Positions 40,144-50,397 of a stretch of DNA of 64,000 nucleotides are shown in pieces. Source of the DNA: an uncultured Eubacteriales bacterium (GTDB taxonomy: Bacteria; Bacillota; Clostridia; Oscillospirales; CAG-272); assembly GCA_934393265.1 (NCBI GenBank), contig CAKRQL010000013.1, forward strand, positions 25,082 to 89,081. Reading direction: 5' to 3'. How positions within the stretch are numbered: position 1 is the stretch's first letter; the number at the start of each line of letters is the position of its first letter. A program made the position numbers and the translations under genes. The notes below the pieces were generated by a model that worked only from the letters and a program-made list of their open reading frames with translations, ran no database searches and had not been told where the DNA came from.

Positions 40144-41366
40144 GAAATTATCCGGTCGTAACCGTAAGTGAAAAGGCGGAAAAATCCCTCCGCGGCGGGC
40201 ACCCGTGGGTGTATTCCGACGAGGTGCGGGAGGTGTGTGGCGCCTATGCCCCCGGCGATATAGTCGACGTGAAGTCCGGAAAGGGAAAATATCTCGGATC
40301 AGGATATATAAACGACAGCTCGAAGATACGGGTCAGGATAATATCGAAAAATCCGAACGACCGCTTTGACAGGGCATTTTACGAGCGGCGCGTCCGCTAT
40401 GCCATAGATTACCGCAGGACCGTAATGGGCGATGATTTCTCTGCCTGCCGGCTGATATTCGGTGAGGCGGATATGCTCCCGGGGCTCACCGTCGACAGAT
40501 TTTCAAATGTCCTCGTCACCGAGACTCTCTGCCTCGGCACCGAGAGGGTAAAGGATATTATTTTCTCATCTCTTGTAAGCACCCTCCGTCAGATGGGAGA
40601 GAGAATAGACGCGATATATGAGCGCAACAGCTCGCCGATCCGCGCCCTTGAGGGTATGGAGAGCTATGACGGATATTATTTTGCTCCGGGGCTTGACCTT
40701 TCGGAGATCCCGGGCGGCTCGGTATTCATTACCGAGAACGGGATAAAATACCGTGTCGATTTTGTGAACGGACAAAAGACAGGATTTTTCCTTGACCAGA
40801 AATATAACAGACAGGCTGTCGCAAAAATATCGCGCGGTCGCCGTGTCCTCGATTGCTTTACGCACACCGGCTCCTTCGGGCTGAATGTCGCGGCGGGCGG
40901 GGCAGCATCGGTTCTGAGCGTCGATATATCCGACGCGGCGCTTGATGTCGCGCGGGAAAACTGCGCGCTGAACGGCTTCTCCGACAGAATAGAATACCGC
41001 GCGGCTGATGTCTTTGACCTGCTCTCGGAGTACGAGAGGGAGGGAAAACGCGACTTTGACCTGATAATTCTTGACCCTCCGGCATTCACAAAGAGCCGTG
41101 CGACCCTCAAAAATGCGATAAAGGGCTACCGAGAGATAAATTACAGGGCAATGAAGCTCCTGCCCCGCGGCGGCTACCTTGCCACCTGCTCCTGCTCGCA
41201 CTTCATGACCGATACCTACTTCAAGCAGATGCTCCATAACGCGGCAGAGGACGCCGGAGTATCCCTCCGTCAGATAGAGGCAAGGACACAGTCTCCCGAC
41301 CACCCGATACTCTGGAACGTCCCGGAGACCGACTATCTGAAATTCTATATCTTCCAGATAGTCTGA
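40140..41366 (+). CDS. rlmI: rRNA large-subunit (cytosine-C5) methyltransferase RlmI-type (PUA + class I SAM MTase)
   Basis: Starts MRNYPVVTV...L..GHPWVY. It has GQKTGFFLDQ, LDCF..TG.F and IILDPPAF.K. The ATG at 40140 overlaps the upstream stop (ATGA). Confidence 0.88.
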   Translation: MRNYPVVTVSEKAEKSLRGGHPWVYSDEVREVCGAYAPGDIVDVKSGKGKYLGSGYINDSSKIRVRIISKNPNDRFDRAFYERRVRYAIDYRRTVMGDDFSACRLIFGEADMLPGLTVDRFSNVLVTETLCLGTERVKDIIFSSLVSTLRQMGERIDAIYERNSSPIRALEGMESYDGYYFAPGLDLSEIPGGSVFITENGIKYRVDFVNGQKTGFFLDQKYNRQAVAKISRGRRVLDCFTHTGSFGLNVAAGGAASVLSVDISDAALDVARENCALNGFSDRIEYRAADVFDLLSEYEREGKRDFDLIILDPPAFTKSRATLKNAIKGYREINYRAMKLLPRGGYLATCSCSHFMTDTYFKQMLHNAAEDAGVSLRQIEARTQSPDHPILWNVPETDYLKFYIFQIV

Positions 41367-41447
41367 AAAAGCACGAAATCAATACACGCCCCACGCCCCT
41401 TTCCGCTCTAAGCTGACGGAAAGCCCGGTACAGACGAGGTTTTATAT

Positions 41448-42614
41448 ATGTGTGAAAAGCTCTTTTACAAGGACGCTTATATAAGTGAATTTACATCCGT
41501 CGTCACCTCCTGCGGGAGCGCGGACGGCGGCTATGCGATAACCCTCCGGGAGACTGCCTTTTTCCCAGAGGCGGGCGGGCAGGGGTGCGACGGCGGGTGG
41601 ATAGACGACCTCCGGGTCACGTCGGTTTACGAGTCGGGTGGCGGGATTTTTCATATTGTCCCGTCGTCGCTCCCGGTCGGGACGAAGGTTTTCTGCCGTC
41701 TCGATTTTTCCCCGAGGTACGAGCGTATGCAGTGCCATACGGCGGAGCACATGTTCTCCGGCACGCTCCATCGTCTCTTCGGCGCGGAGAATGTCGGCTT
41801 TCACCTCTCGGAGCGGGAGATGACCCTTGATACCGATATTCCGCTGACGCGGGAACAGCTTGCCGCGGCGGAATATGAGGCGAACCTCGCGGTCTACCGC
41901 AATATTCCCGTCGTCGCATACTACCCGACGTCAGAGGAGGCGGCGAATATATCCTACCGCTCAAAGGGCGAGTACGCCGCGGGAGAATTGCGTCTTGTCA
42001 GAATAGACGGCGTCGATGTCTGCGCCTGCTGCGCGCCGCACGTCCGCTCGACCGGGGAGGTCGGGATAATAAAGGTGCTTTATTCCGAAAAGCATAAGGG
42101 CGGCACCCGGGTGTATCTCACCGCCGGTGTGAGAGCCTACCGTATACTTTCGGAGGAGCATGAAACGCTGAGAAAAATTTCCGTCTGCCTCTCCGCCCCG
42201 GCTTCGGAGTGCGCAGAGGCTGTCGCAAAAACGGTTTCGGATATGCGGGACACGGCGGCAGAGTACCGCGTATACCGCACCTCGGTTGCGACACGGCTCG
42301 GTGCCACACTCCCGTATACCGACGGTAACCGGATATGCGTCCTTAATGATACGGAGCCGGAGACGCTCCGTGCCTTTGCCGACGCCGCAAAGGAGAGAGC
42401 CGGAGGGCTCACTCTCGCCCTCTCCGGTGAGGAGGGAAATTACAGATACGTGCTCGCCTGCCGCGGGGAAAGCATCGCACCGCATGTGACGGCGCTTAAC
42501 CTCGCGCTCTCGGGTCGCGGCGGCGGCAGGGGAGAGATGGCACAGGGGACGGCTTCGTCCGCACTCAAAAAAGCCGAGGAGCACCTCGGCGTCAAAGCCT
42601 CGGTGCTCCTCTGA
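41448..42614 (+). CDS. Alanyl-tRNA editing protein (AlaX-L-like, with DHHA1-like C-terminus)
   Basis: Zinc/editing motifs HTAEHMFSG and CCAPHV. C-terminal GGGRGEMAQG. Confidence 0.8.
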   Translation: MCEKLFYKDAYISEFTSVVTSCGSADGGYAITLRETAFFPEAGGQGCDGGWIDDLRVTSVYESGGGIFHIVPSSLPVGTKVFCRLDFSPRYERMQCHTAEHMFSGTLHRLFGAENVGFHLSEREMTLDTDIPLTREQLAAAEYEANLAVYRNIPVVAYYPTSEEAANISYRSKGEYAAGELRLVRIDGVDVCACCAPHVRSTGEVGIIKVLYSEKHKGGTRVYLTAGVRAYRILSEEHETLRKISVCLSAPASECAEAVAKTVSDMRDTAAEYRVYRTSVATRLGATLPYTDGNRICVLNDTEPETLRAFADAAKERAGGLTLALSGEEGNYRYVLACRGESIAPHVTALNLALSGRGGGRGEMAQGTASSALKKAEEHLGVKASVLL

Positions 42615-42634
42615 ATATTCTTTTTCCGGGAATA

Positions 42635-43132
42635 TCATTCTTCAACCTCAAAATTCAGGACTATTTCGGATCTTGTGGGCTTGAATTTCGTCAGCTTTAT
42701 TCCCGCCGCCGTCATCATCCTGCGTGACGCCTCGGTAGACTCGGTTCCTTTGTACTTGTCGGAAAGATAGATAACCTCGCGTACCCCTGCCTGTATTATT
42801 GCTTTCGCACATTCGTTGCAGGGAAACAGCGCGACGTAGAGAATGGAGTCCGCGAGGGATTTTCCCCGCGTGTTGAGTATCGCATTGAGCTCCGCGTGTA
42901 CGACGAAGTTGTACTTCGTCTCGCCGAGGGATGCGTCACGGTTCCACGGGAACTCGTCGTCAGAGCACCCCTGCGGGAAGCCGTTGTAGCCTGTTGAGAG
43001 TATTCTGCGCTGTCTGTCGACAATACATGCGCCGACGCGGGTGTTCGGGTCCTTCGACCTCTCCGCGGCGAGGAGCGCGACCCCCATGAAATATTCGTCC
43101 CAGCTTATGTATCCGTTTCTCTTCTCGGTCAT
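42635..43132 (-). CDS. Deoxycytidylate (dCMP) deaminase
   Basis: 165 aa. W.EYFM..A.L.A.RS.DP, HAELNAI and PCNECAK.I. Confidence 0.93.
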   Translation of the reverse strand: MTEKRNGYISWDEYFMGVALLAAERSKDPNTRVGACIVDRQRRILSTGYNGFPQGCSDDEFPWNRDASLGETKYNFVVHAELNAILNTRGKSLADSILYVALFPCNECAKAIIQAGVREVIYLSDKYKGTESTEASRRMMTAAGIKLTKFKPTRSEIVLNFEVEE

Positions 43133-43236
43133 ATTACCTCCGGGGGAGCCGCGGGTTGCGCGGGCATCCTTTTAACTGATTTTTATTGAAGTATAGCATA
43201 AATTATCCGCACTGTCAAGTGCCGCGGGGGTCCATT

Positions 43237-44178
43237 ATGAACGCTGCCGTAAAAGAAAAATATGAATACGGGCGACAGCTCACATATTCGCCCTGCACCC
43301 TCTGCGCAAGAATGTGCCGCGCCGCGAGAGACTCCGGCGGGCGCGGTGCCTGCCGCATGGGGTGCGCCCCCGTTGTCGCGCGTGCCGCTCTACACATGTG
43401 GGAGGAGCCGCCAATATCCGGAACCCGCGGTGCGGGCGCGGTCTTTTTTTCCGGCTGCTCGCTCGGATGTATTTATTGCCAGAACCGGGAGATCTCCCGG
43501 GGGGAGAGCGGCATTGAGACAGACACCGGCCGTCTCTCGGAGATATTCTTTGAGCTCCGCGCCGCCGGAGCGCATAATATCGACCTCGTCACCCCGACGC
43601 ATTTTGCGCCGTCGGTTATCGCGGCGATAGACATGGCGCGGAGCCGCTGCTTTGACCTCCCGTTTATATGGAACACATCGTCCTACGATACGAGGGAGAC
43701 AATACGTGCTCTCGCGGGCAGGGTGGATATTTTTCTACCCGACCTTAAATACTCCGGCGGGGCACTCGCGGAAAAATACTCCGCCGCCCCGGATTACCCG
43801 GCAGTGGCGCGCGCCGCGATAGAGGAAATGATGCGCATATCCCCAACACCCGTGTATGATAATGAGGGAATAATGAGGCGGGGCGTCATCGCTCGCATAC
43901 TGCTCTTGCCCGGCAGGGTTGCGGAGGCAAAGCGGTCGGTCGCATACCTCTATCATACCTACGGCGACAATATCGTAATAAGCCTTATGAGCCAGTATAC
44001 ACCTCTCCCGAATCTCCCGCGTGAGCTCTCCCGTCCCGTCAGTCGCGAGGAGTACCGTGATCTTTGTGATTACGCTATGCGCATAGGCGTAACGAACGCC
44101 TTTATACAGGAGGGCGGTGCCGCCGCGGAGAGCTTCATTCCGCCTTTTGATAATACGGGCGTCCTCCCGCGGGAGTAG
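43237..44178 (+). CDS. Radical SAM protein, PflX-like (pyruvate formate-lyase activase homolog)
   Basis: CX3CX2C cluster CSLGCIYCQN preceded by H.WEEPPISG..G.G..FFSGC. The start was chosen at ATG 43237 (GGGGGT RBS) rather than the tracked TTG 43186. Confidence 0.82.
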   Translation: MNAAVKEKYEYGRQLTYSPCTLCARMCRAARDSGGRGACRMGCAPVVARAALHMWEEPPISGTRGAGAVFFSGCSLGCIYCQNREISRGESGIETDTGRLSEIFFELRAAGAHNIDLVTPTHFAPSVIAAIDMARSRCFDLPFIWNTSSYDTRETIRALAGRVDIFLPDLKYSGGALAEKYSAAPDYPAVARAAIEEMMRISPTPVYDNEGIMRRGVIARILLLPGRVAEAKRSVAYLYHTYGDNIVISLMSQYTPLPNLPRELSRPVSREEYRDLCDYAMRIGVTNAFIQEGGAAAESFIPPFDNTGVLPRE

Positions 44179-44238
44179 GGCGGGGGCAGGGCAAATCCTC
44201 CGCCTTTTCCTGTCGCCCGGCGGTTGCGCAACCTGACG

Positions 44239-44940
44239 TTATTCTCTTATAAGGTCATCCATTCCGTACAACCCCGGCGCGCGCCCGGAGAGAAAATTCA
44301 GCGCGCGTATCGCCCCGGCGGAGAAGACCTCCCGCCCCTCCGCCCGGTGAATTATCATAAGCGTTTCATACCCGGTTGTGATGGTGAAAATATGCTCCCC
44401 GGGCAGATTGCCGAGGCGGAGGGAGTATACGGGAATATCGCCCCTGCCCGCGCCGCGCAACCGCTCGCATAGGGCGCGGGCGCTCCCGCTCGGGGCGTCT
44501 GCCTTGCCCTTTCTGTGCGCCTCGGTCACCGCTATGTCCCCCTCGGGGAAGAGGCGCGCCGCGTCAGATGCGTATTTTGTGAGCGCGGCCATTCCGGGTG
44601 AGAGATTAGGAGAGAGAAACACCGGGATTCTCCCCGCCGCGCGCCGTATGTCGGATAGCTCTTCTTCCGTCTGCCCGGTCGTCCCGATAAGCAGCGGGAG
44701 CCGGCGCGAGAGGCAGAATGAGAGGACATCCTTTGTACATTCCCGGGAGGAAAAATCTGCGACCGCGTCACATTCCGGGAGCCCCGAGAGCCTCTCTGAC
44801 CATGCGAAATCGATACACGGGGGGCGGTGTCGGCTCACCCCGCCTGAGAGCGTATTACCCCCGGAGCTTTCCTCATTCATGAGTGCGCGACAGAGGAGCG
44901 TGCCTATGCGCCCGGTACAGCCGTTTACGGCAATTCTCAT
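44239..44940 (-). CDS. dapB: 4-hydroxy-tetrahydrodipicolinate reductase-like protein
   Basis: 233 aa. N-terminal NAD fold (MRIAVNGCTGRIG), GTTG, then EAHR.GKADAPSG.A and H.A..R..FA.GA. It is somewhat short for DapB. Confidence 0.8.
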   Translation of the reverse strand: MRIAVNGCTGRIGTLLCRALMNEESSGGNTLSGGVSRHRPPCIDFAWSERLSGLPECDAVADFSSRECTKDVLSFCLSRRLPLLIGTTGQTEEELSDIRRAAGRIPVFLSPNLSPGMAALTKYASDAARLFPEGDIAVTEAHRKGKADAPSGSARALCERLRGAGRGDIPVYSLRLGNLPGEHIFTITTGYETLMIIHRAEGREVFSAGAIRALNFLSGRAPGLYGMDDLIRE

Positions 44941-45085
44941 TTTTCTTCCTCCGTTCCGATTTGTAATGTAAATAAAAGTTATGCTTTTGAATATACCGAT
45001 ACTTGTTTTACAGAGATTTTACATAAAAAGTACAGCCGCCTTTACCTTTCCGGTATAGAATTTATATAAAAAGGAGAGAAAAAAC

Positions 45086-45754
45086 ATGATATATCTTGTT
45101 GAGGACGATGTAAGCATACGGGATCTTATGATATATGCGCTCGGTGCCTCGGGTCTCCCGGCGAAGGGATTCTCTTCGTCGCCCGAGCTCTGGGAGGCGC
45201 TCTCGTGCGAAATGCCCAAGCTTATAATACTCGATATAATGCTCCCCGGCGAGGACGGGATAAGCATACTGAAAAAGCTCCGTGCAAATCCCGCGACGTC
45301 GGCTGTCCCGGTGATTATGGCGACGGCAAGGGCGACCGAGTACGATAAGGTAACGGGGCTCGACCTCGGGGCGGATGACTATCTTGCAAAGCCGTTCGGA
45401 ATGATGGAGATGGTATCGCGCGTTCGCGCCGTGCTCCGCCGCGCATCGCCGGAGGCGACAAAGTCACTCTCGGCAGGCGCGGTTTCAATGAACCTTGCGG
45501 AGCATACCGTCACCGCCTGTGGCGAGAGGGTGACGCTTACTCTTAAAGAGTATGAGCTCCTCCGCCTGTTTCTTGAAAATCCCGGTATGGTATTCACGCG
45601 CGAGCACCTTATGAACAGCGTCTGGGGCAACGACTTCTTCGGCGAGACCCGGACGGTAGATGTCCATATAGGCACGCTGCGTACAAAGCTCGGCGCCTGC
45701 GGCGATTATATTCAGACCGTGCGCGGCGTCGGATACAGAATGGAGGCAAAATAA
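45086..45754 (+). CDS. OmpR/PhoB-family response regulator
   Basis: Receiver domain (DD..., LDIMLPG.DG, A.D..KP) plus a winged-helix domain (LT.KE..LL..L......V..R..L, RGVGY). Confidence 0.93.
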   Translation: MIYLVEDDVSIRDLMIYALGASGLPAKGFSSSPELWEALSCEMPKLIILDIMLPGEDGISILKKLRANPATSAVPVIMATARATEYDKVTGLDLGADDYLAKPFGMMEMVSRVRAVLRRASPEATKSLSAGAVSMNLAEHTVTACGERVTLTLKEYELLRLFLENPGMVFTREHLMNSVWGNDFFGETRTVDVHIGTLRTKLGACGDYIQTVRGVGYRMEAK

Positions 45755-45756
45755 GA

Positions 45757-47412
45757 ATGACAGGCAGAATATTCCGCTCGATATGCCTTGCGGCAATGGG
45801 TGTGTTCATAATTCTTCTGAGCGTGATAATGAGCGTCCTGTACGGCTATTTTTCATCAACTCAGGCGGGCTCGCTCCGCGATGAGACGGAGATTGCCGCC
45901 CGCGGTACAGAGCTCTCGGGTAAGGAATATCTTGAAACCCTTGAGGCTGAAAAATACCGGGTGAGCTGGATATCCGCGGACGGCAGCGTCATATTCGACA
46001 GTGCAAAGGACTCCTCCTCTATGGAAAATCACCTTGAGCGCGAGGAGATAAAGGAGGCGCTTGAGACCGGCGTCGGCGAGTCCGCGAGGTTTTCGGACAC
46101 GATAATGGAGAAACAGCTATACTGCGCCATGCGTCTCTCGGACGGCTCTGTCCTCCGCCTCTCGGTAAAGCAACTGACTTGGTGGTCGATAATTCTCGTA
46201 ATGCTCCAGCCGATAGCCGTGAGTGCCGTGATATGTGCCGCCCTGTCGCTGCTTCTCGCTTACAGGCTCTCGCATGTCATAGTGAAGCCGTTAAATAACA
46301 TAGACGCCGACTCCACGGATACAGCCGTCTATCCGGAGCTTGCCCCGGTCGTCTCCCGCCTGCGCGTGCAGAAAAAACAGCTTGAAGAGCAGGAGGAGCG
46401 TCTCGTGCGTCAGCGCCGCGAGTTCGAGACCGCGACGGGCGGAATGTCGGAGGGAATAGTTCTTCTCTCCGAGGACGGCGGACTCCTGAGCGCGAACCCC
46501 GCCTCGCGCAGAATACTTTCGCTTGACGGAGAGTTAACCGGAAGATTTCCGGAGCTTGACGAAACGGTAGCGGAGGCGCGGGACGGCGGCGTACATCGCG
46601 AGATGATGAAGGAAATATCCGGCAGGGAGTATCACTTCCTTGTCAGCCCGGTAATGAGTGACGGGCACGTATGCGGCACGGCTATAATCATAATGGATAT
46701 AACCGAGCGCGAGACGGCAGAGAAAATGCGCCGCGAGTTCACGGCGAATGTGTCGCACGAGCTGAAAACCCCGCTCCAGAGCATATCCGGATATGCGGAG
46801 CTCCTTTCCTCCGGCATGGTGCGCGAGGAGGACAGAGGGGAGTTCTATTCCCGTATATATTCCGAAGCGCGCAGAATGATAACCCTTGTCGGCGATATTA
46901 TCCGTCTCTCCCGTCTTGATGAGGGGGCGGGAGACATGAAGCGCGAGGACGCCGAGCTCTCCGCCATAGCCTCCGCCGCGGTGGAGGAGCTGCGCGATGT
47001 GGCGAAGAGCGCGGGCATAACCATAGAATACGACGGCGAGAGCGCAATGCTGAAAAATGCAATACCCGGGCTCCTGTCGCTCACGGTCTATAACCTCTGC
47101 GACAACGCGATAAAATATAATAAAGACGGCGGCAAGGTTACGGTAGAGGTCAAAAAGACCGACGGCGGCGCCCGCCTTACCGTCTCGGATACCGGTATAG
47201 GAATACCGGAGGACTCGCTCGAGCGGGTGTTCGAGAGATTTTACCGCGTGGATAAGAGCCGCTCAAAGGAGGTCGGCGGCACGGGTCTCGGTCTTTCGAT
47301 AGTAAAGCATGCCGCGCTTCTCCATAATGCAAGGCCGGAGATACACAGCACGGTAGGGCAGGGTACGACGATAAGTATTCTCTATCCCGAGGATTGCTCC
47401 GTCGCGGAGTAA
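45757..47412 (+). CDS. Sensor histidine kinase (PhoR-like)
   Basis: Two TM helices and a PAS-like region. H-box FTANVSHELKTPL, N-box DNAIKY, G-boxes DTGIGI and GGTGLGLSIVK. Confidence 0.92.
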   Translation: MTGRIFRSICLAAMGVFIILLSVIMSVLYGYFSSTQAGSLRDETEIAARGTELSGKEYLETLEAEKYRVSWISADGSVIFDSAKDSSSMENHLEREEIKEALETGVGESARFSDTIMEKQLYCAMRLSDGSVLRLSVKQLTWWSIILVMLQPIAVSAVICAALSLLLAYRLSHVIVKPLNNIDADSTDTAVYPELAPVVSRLRVQKKQLEEQEERLVRQRREFETATGGMSEGIVLLSEDGGLLSANPASRRILSLDGELTGRFPELDETVAEARDGGVHREMMKEISGREYHFLVSPVMSDGHVCGTAIIIMDITERETAEKMRREFTANVSHELKTPLQSISGYAELLSSGMVREEDRGEFYSRIYSEARRMITLVGDIIRLSRLDEGAGDMKREDAELSAIASAAVEELRDVAKSAGITIEYDGESAMLKNAIPGLLSLTVYNLCDNAIKYNKDGGKVTVEVKKTDGGARLTVSDTGIGIPEDSLERVFERFYRVDKSRSKEVGGTGLGLSIVKHAALLHNARPEIHSTVGQGTTISILYPEDCSVAE

Positions 47413-47505
47413 TGCCTGCGCAGTGCCGAAAATAAACTGCCCGTAATTTCAGGCGCGGTAGCTGCACCCACAAAGCGGTGCCGCGCCGGAACAATATTTT
47501 TCGAC

Positions 47506-47564
47506 GAAAAAAGCGTGAAAGCACCGGAATATGCGGAGCTTTCACGCCTTATTCTTTATTTTTT
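47506..47564. terminator. Bidirectional hairpin terminator between convergent genes
   Basis: GCGTGAAAGC...GCTTTCACGC with an A6 run upstream and CTTATTCTTTATTTTTT downstream. Confidence 0.7.
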
Positions 47565-48136
47565 CATATTTTCCGGCTCCCGTCGCCGTCCGCCTTGCTC
47601 TTTCTCTTCTCGCGGTTCGGTAGGTGCTTTATATAGGCAAAGGTTTTCTTTTCGCCCTCGTCTCTGAGCATTATGAGCCATTTCTCGAGCGTCGCCGCCG
47701 TCCTCTCATGCATAAGATTTTTCGCGTTGCTGTTTATGAAGTAGTTATAAGGATAGGAATTGTCATAGTCGTTCTTATGATATATCTTGCTCGCGGCGAC
47801 CCTGTCGCAGAACATCTCTTTAAGATACCGGACTGGCATCTCGACAGGGACGTATATTTTTTTCTGCGGGTCGATGTCGTACCAGTATTCGTAGTGGTGG
47901 CGGTTTCTCCCCTTGTGGTGGAGCCATGCGGCAGAGTAACCGTATTCGGCGCGCTCGCCCTCGTTGGGGCTCCGCTTTCCCGTGTAGTATCTCGCCCCGG
48001 GGATAAATTCGGTGGGCGAGTATTTCGAGAGATCGTGGAATAGCCCCTGAAGCCCTATTCCGCAGCGGAACGTGTGAGCTATAACCTTGTGCCTGTGCTT
48101 TGTTATCGTAATGAAATGCTTTATCGGATGTATCAT
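47564..48136 (-). CDS. DUF5662-like protein
   Basis: 190 aa from ATG 48136 (RBS GGGTGAGGG). H.H...H......HD.SK..P.EF and WLHHKG.N.HH.EYW motifs. The upstream 124 codons of the tracked ORF are low-complexity and overlap the divergent promoter region. Confidence 0.7.
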   Translation of the reverse strand: MIHPIKHFITITKHRHKVIAHTFRCGIGLQGLFHDLSKYSPTEFIPGARYYTGKRSPNEGERAEYGYSAAWLHHKGRNRHHYEYWYDIDPQKKIYVPVEMPVRYLKEMFCDRVAASKIYHKNDYDNSYPYNYFINSNAKNLMHERTAATLEKWLIMLRDEGEKKTFAYIKHLPNREKRKSKADGDGSRKI

Positions 48137-48347
48137 TTTTCCCTCACCCCGGGCTTTGCCCGCAGTATCGTTTTTTACGGAATATATTCTATCACACAGA
48201 TCGCCGGATTGCAATATCATACGAAAAAAGTCAATTTCCGAAGAGCGCAGGGCAATATCGGACTGGACAAAACGGAAAAAGGCTGATATAATATCCGGTG
48301 AAAGATTATTCGACCCGCGCACACCGCGCGGAGAACGGAGCCGAAGA

Positions 48348-49478
48348 ATGGCAGAGACACGAAAAATCCGCGTAGGTATCATAGGTACCGGAGGCATAGC
48401 CGAAAAGCATATAGCCTCATACAAAAAACAGCCGGACGTAGAGATAGTCGCCGCCTGTGACCCCGTACCGGGTAAGGCGGAGGAATTTATGCGCAGAAAC
48501 GGCGTCACCGGGGTGAGCTTTTATCCGTCTGAGCGAGAGATGATAGCCGATAATGCCGCCCTCCGGCTCGACTGCGTCTCGGTATGCACATATAACCGTC
48601 AGCATGCGCCGTGTGCCATCCGCGCGCTTGACGCCGGGATAAACGTTCTGCTGGAGAAGCCCTTTACCGTCACGACGGATGAGGCGGTGGAGGTCATGAG
48701 GGCGGAGCGCAGGTCGGGAAAGGTCCTGTCAATAGGATTTCAGCCGCGCTTTGACGACAATATGAAGAAAATATGCGACATCGTCTCCTCGGGAGAGCTC
48801 GGGCGGGTCTACTACGTCCAGACCGGGGGCGGTCGCCGCCGCGGAATACCTGTCAGGCGGGGCACAACGTTTATAGAGGAGGAGACCGCCGGGCTCGGTG
48901 CCCTCGCCGATATAGGCTGCTATTCGATTGATATGGTAATGCACGCCCTCGGGTATCCGAAGCCTCTGACCGTCACCGGCTACCGCTCGTCATTTTTCGG
49001 GCGCGACCCCTGGTATTCGGGGTACAGGGATGCCGGGCACCCGGAGTATGCGGGACTCTTTTCGGTAGACGATTTTGCCGCCGGCTTTGTACGGCTTGAG
49101 GGAGATATAATTCTCGACTTCAGAATAGCCTGGGCTATGAATATAGATAGCCCGTGCGATACGGTTATCCTCGGGACAGAGGGCGGTCTCCGCATCCCGT
49201 CGACCGAGTGCTGGAACGGCTCGACAGGCGGGGATATGATACTTTATCACGAGGTAGACGGGCGGCAGGTTGAGACCCGCATACCCGAGATAATTCCACA
49301 GGAGGGCTCGCCTACGAATTTTGATAAGAAGATACGCTCGTTTCTTGACGCCGTGCGGGACGGCGGCGCCTCTCCCATTCCCTCCCGCGAGATACTCTAT
49401 AATCAGATAATTCTTGACTATATTGCGCGCTCGGCGGAGTGCGGACATGAGCTTGCGGTTGAGATACCGGAGGTCTGA
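48348..49478 (+). CDS. Gfo/Idh/MocA family oxidoreductase
   Basis: Starts MAETRKIRVGIIGTGGIAEKH (Rossmann fold) and has the EKP motif LLEKPF. The RBS GGAGAACGGAG and a TGGACA-17-TATAAT promoter (48264-48292) lie upstream. Confidence 0.9.
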   Translation: MAETRKIRVGIIGTGGIAEKHIASYKKQPDVEIVAACDPVPGKAEEFMRRNGVTGVSFYPSEREMIADNAALRLDCVSVCTYNRQHAPCAIRALDAGINVLLEKPFTVTTDEAVEVMRAERRSGKVLSIGFQPRFDDNMKKICDIVSSGELGRVYYVQTGGGRRRGIPVRRGTTFIEEETAGLGALADIGCYSIDMVMHALGYPKPLTVTGYRSSFFGRDPWYSGYRDAGHPEYAGLFSVDDFAAGFVRLEGDIILDFRIAWAMNIDSPCDTVILGTEGGLRIPSTECWNGSTGGDMILYHEVDGRQVETRIPEIIPQEGSPTNFDKKIRSFLDAVRDGGASPIPSREILYNQIILDYIARSAECGHELAVEIPEV

Positions 49479-49675
49479 CCCCGGAAAACAATACACGGGT
49501 ATGGGGTATTTTTTTCGTATTATGCCGTCGTCCGGCATTTGCCCGTGAGCTTTGCCGTCCCCCCGCCGCCCGGGGCGGACGGCGGAATAAATTTTAGAAA
49601 AAAGACTTGCAAAAGAGTGCGTGATGTTATATACTTATATTGCAATAAAGAACAATACATAAAGGTGGATTTTTT

Positions 49676-50227
49676 ATGTTTTACAGACTGAAGGTAGCCG
49701 GGCTTGAGCGGGAGTTGCCCCTCTGCCCGATAGGAGATAACCTGAATATCGGTGCGTTTGTCCTCTTCGGAGACGTCGAGCTTACCGAGACCTGCGCCCG
49801 CGAGCTCTGCAAGCGCGCGCCGGAGCATGACGTGATGATAACCGCAGAGTCAAAGGGTATACCGCTTATTCACGCGATGTGCCGTATAGCCGGGGAGAAC
49901 AGATATGTTCTTGCGAGAAAATCGGTGAAGCTCTATATGCGCGACGTCGTAAAGTGCGAGGTACAGTCGATAACCACCTCCGCGCGCCAGACCCTCTATA
50001 TCGACGGTGCAGACGCCGGGTATATGAGAGGTAAGAGGGTTCTTATCGTCGACGACGTAATAAGCACCGGAGGCTCGCTCCACGCTCTTGAGGAGCTGGT
50101 ACGTCAGTCCGGCGGTATAATAGCCGGAAAGATGGCTATCCTTGCCGAGGGTGACGCAATCGACAGAAAAGATATTATCGTCCTCGGTAAGCTCCCGCTC
50201 TTCGACGGGCAGGGAAAAGAGCTTTAA
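49676..50227 (+). CDS. Phosphoribosyltransferase family protein (Apt/Xpt-like)
   Basis: 183 aa. PRPP-binding motif VLIVDDVISTGGS. A TTGCAA-17-TATACT promoter lies at 49607-49635. Confidence 0.8.
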   Translation: MFYRLKVAGLERELPLCPIGDNLNIGAFVLFGDVELTETCARELCKRAPEHDVMITAESKGIPLIHAMCRIAGENRYVLARKSVKLYMRDVVKCEVQSITTSARQTLYIDGADAGYMRGKRVLIVDDVISTGGSLHALEELVRQSGGIIAGKMAILAEGDAIDRKDIIVLGKLPLFDGQGKEL

Positions 50228-50253
50228 TAAAAGCATATACCCGTGTATTAAAA

Positions 50254-50291
50254 AAGCGAGCCTGTGAGCATTTTCCGGGCTTGCTTTTTTG
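50254..50291 (+). terminator. Rho-independent terminator after the PRTase gene
   Basis: AAGCGAGCC...GGGCTTGCTT followed by TTTTGC. Confidence 0.65.
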
Positions 50292-50329
50292 CATTTTTCC
50301 GCGCCGTATATTCCGCGCTTCTTCGCATG

Positions 50330-50358
50330 TTGACATATTGAGCAAGGTTTGATATAAT
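50330..50358 (+). promoter_or_regulatory. Perfect-consensus sigma-A promoter (lipoprotein paralog 1)
   Basis: TTGACA-17 nt-TATAAT. Confidence 0.7.
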
Positions 50359-50397
50359 ATTTACAGCGCCAAAACGAAAACGAAAGGAGCAGAGAAA

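Noticed and set aside
47564-48508. Full 314-aa version of the ORF containing the DUF5662-like protein.
   Set aside because: The first 124 codons overlap the divergent oxidoreductase gene and its promoter and are low-complexity. The conserved sequence starts at ATG 48136, which has its own RBS.
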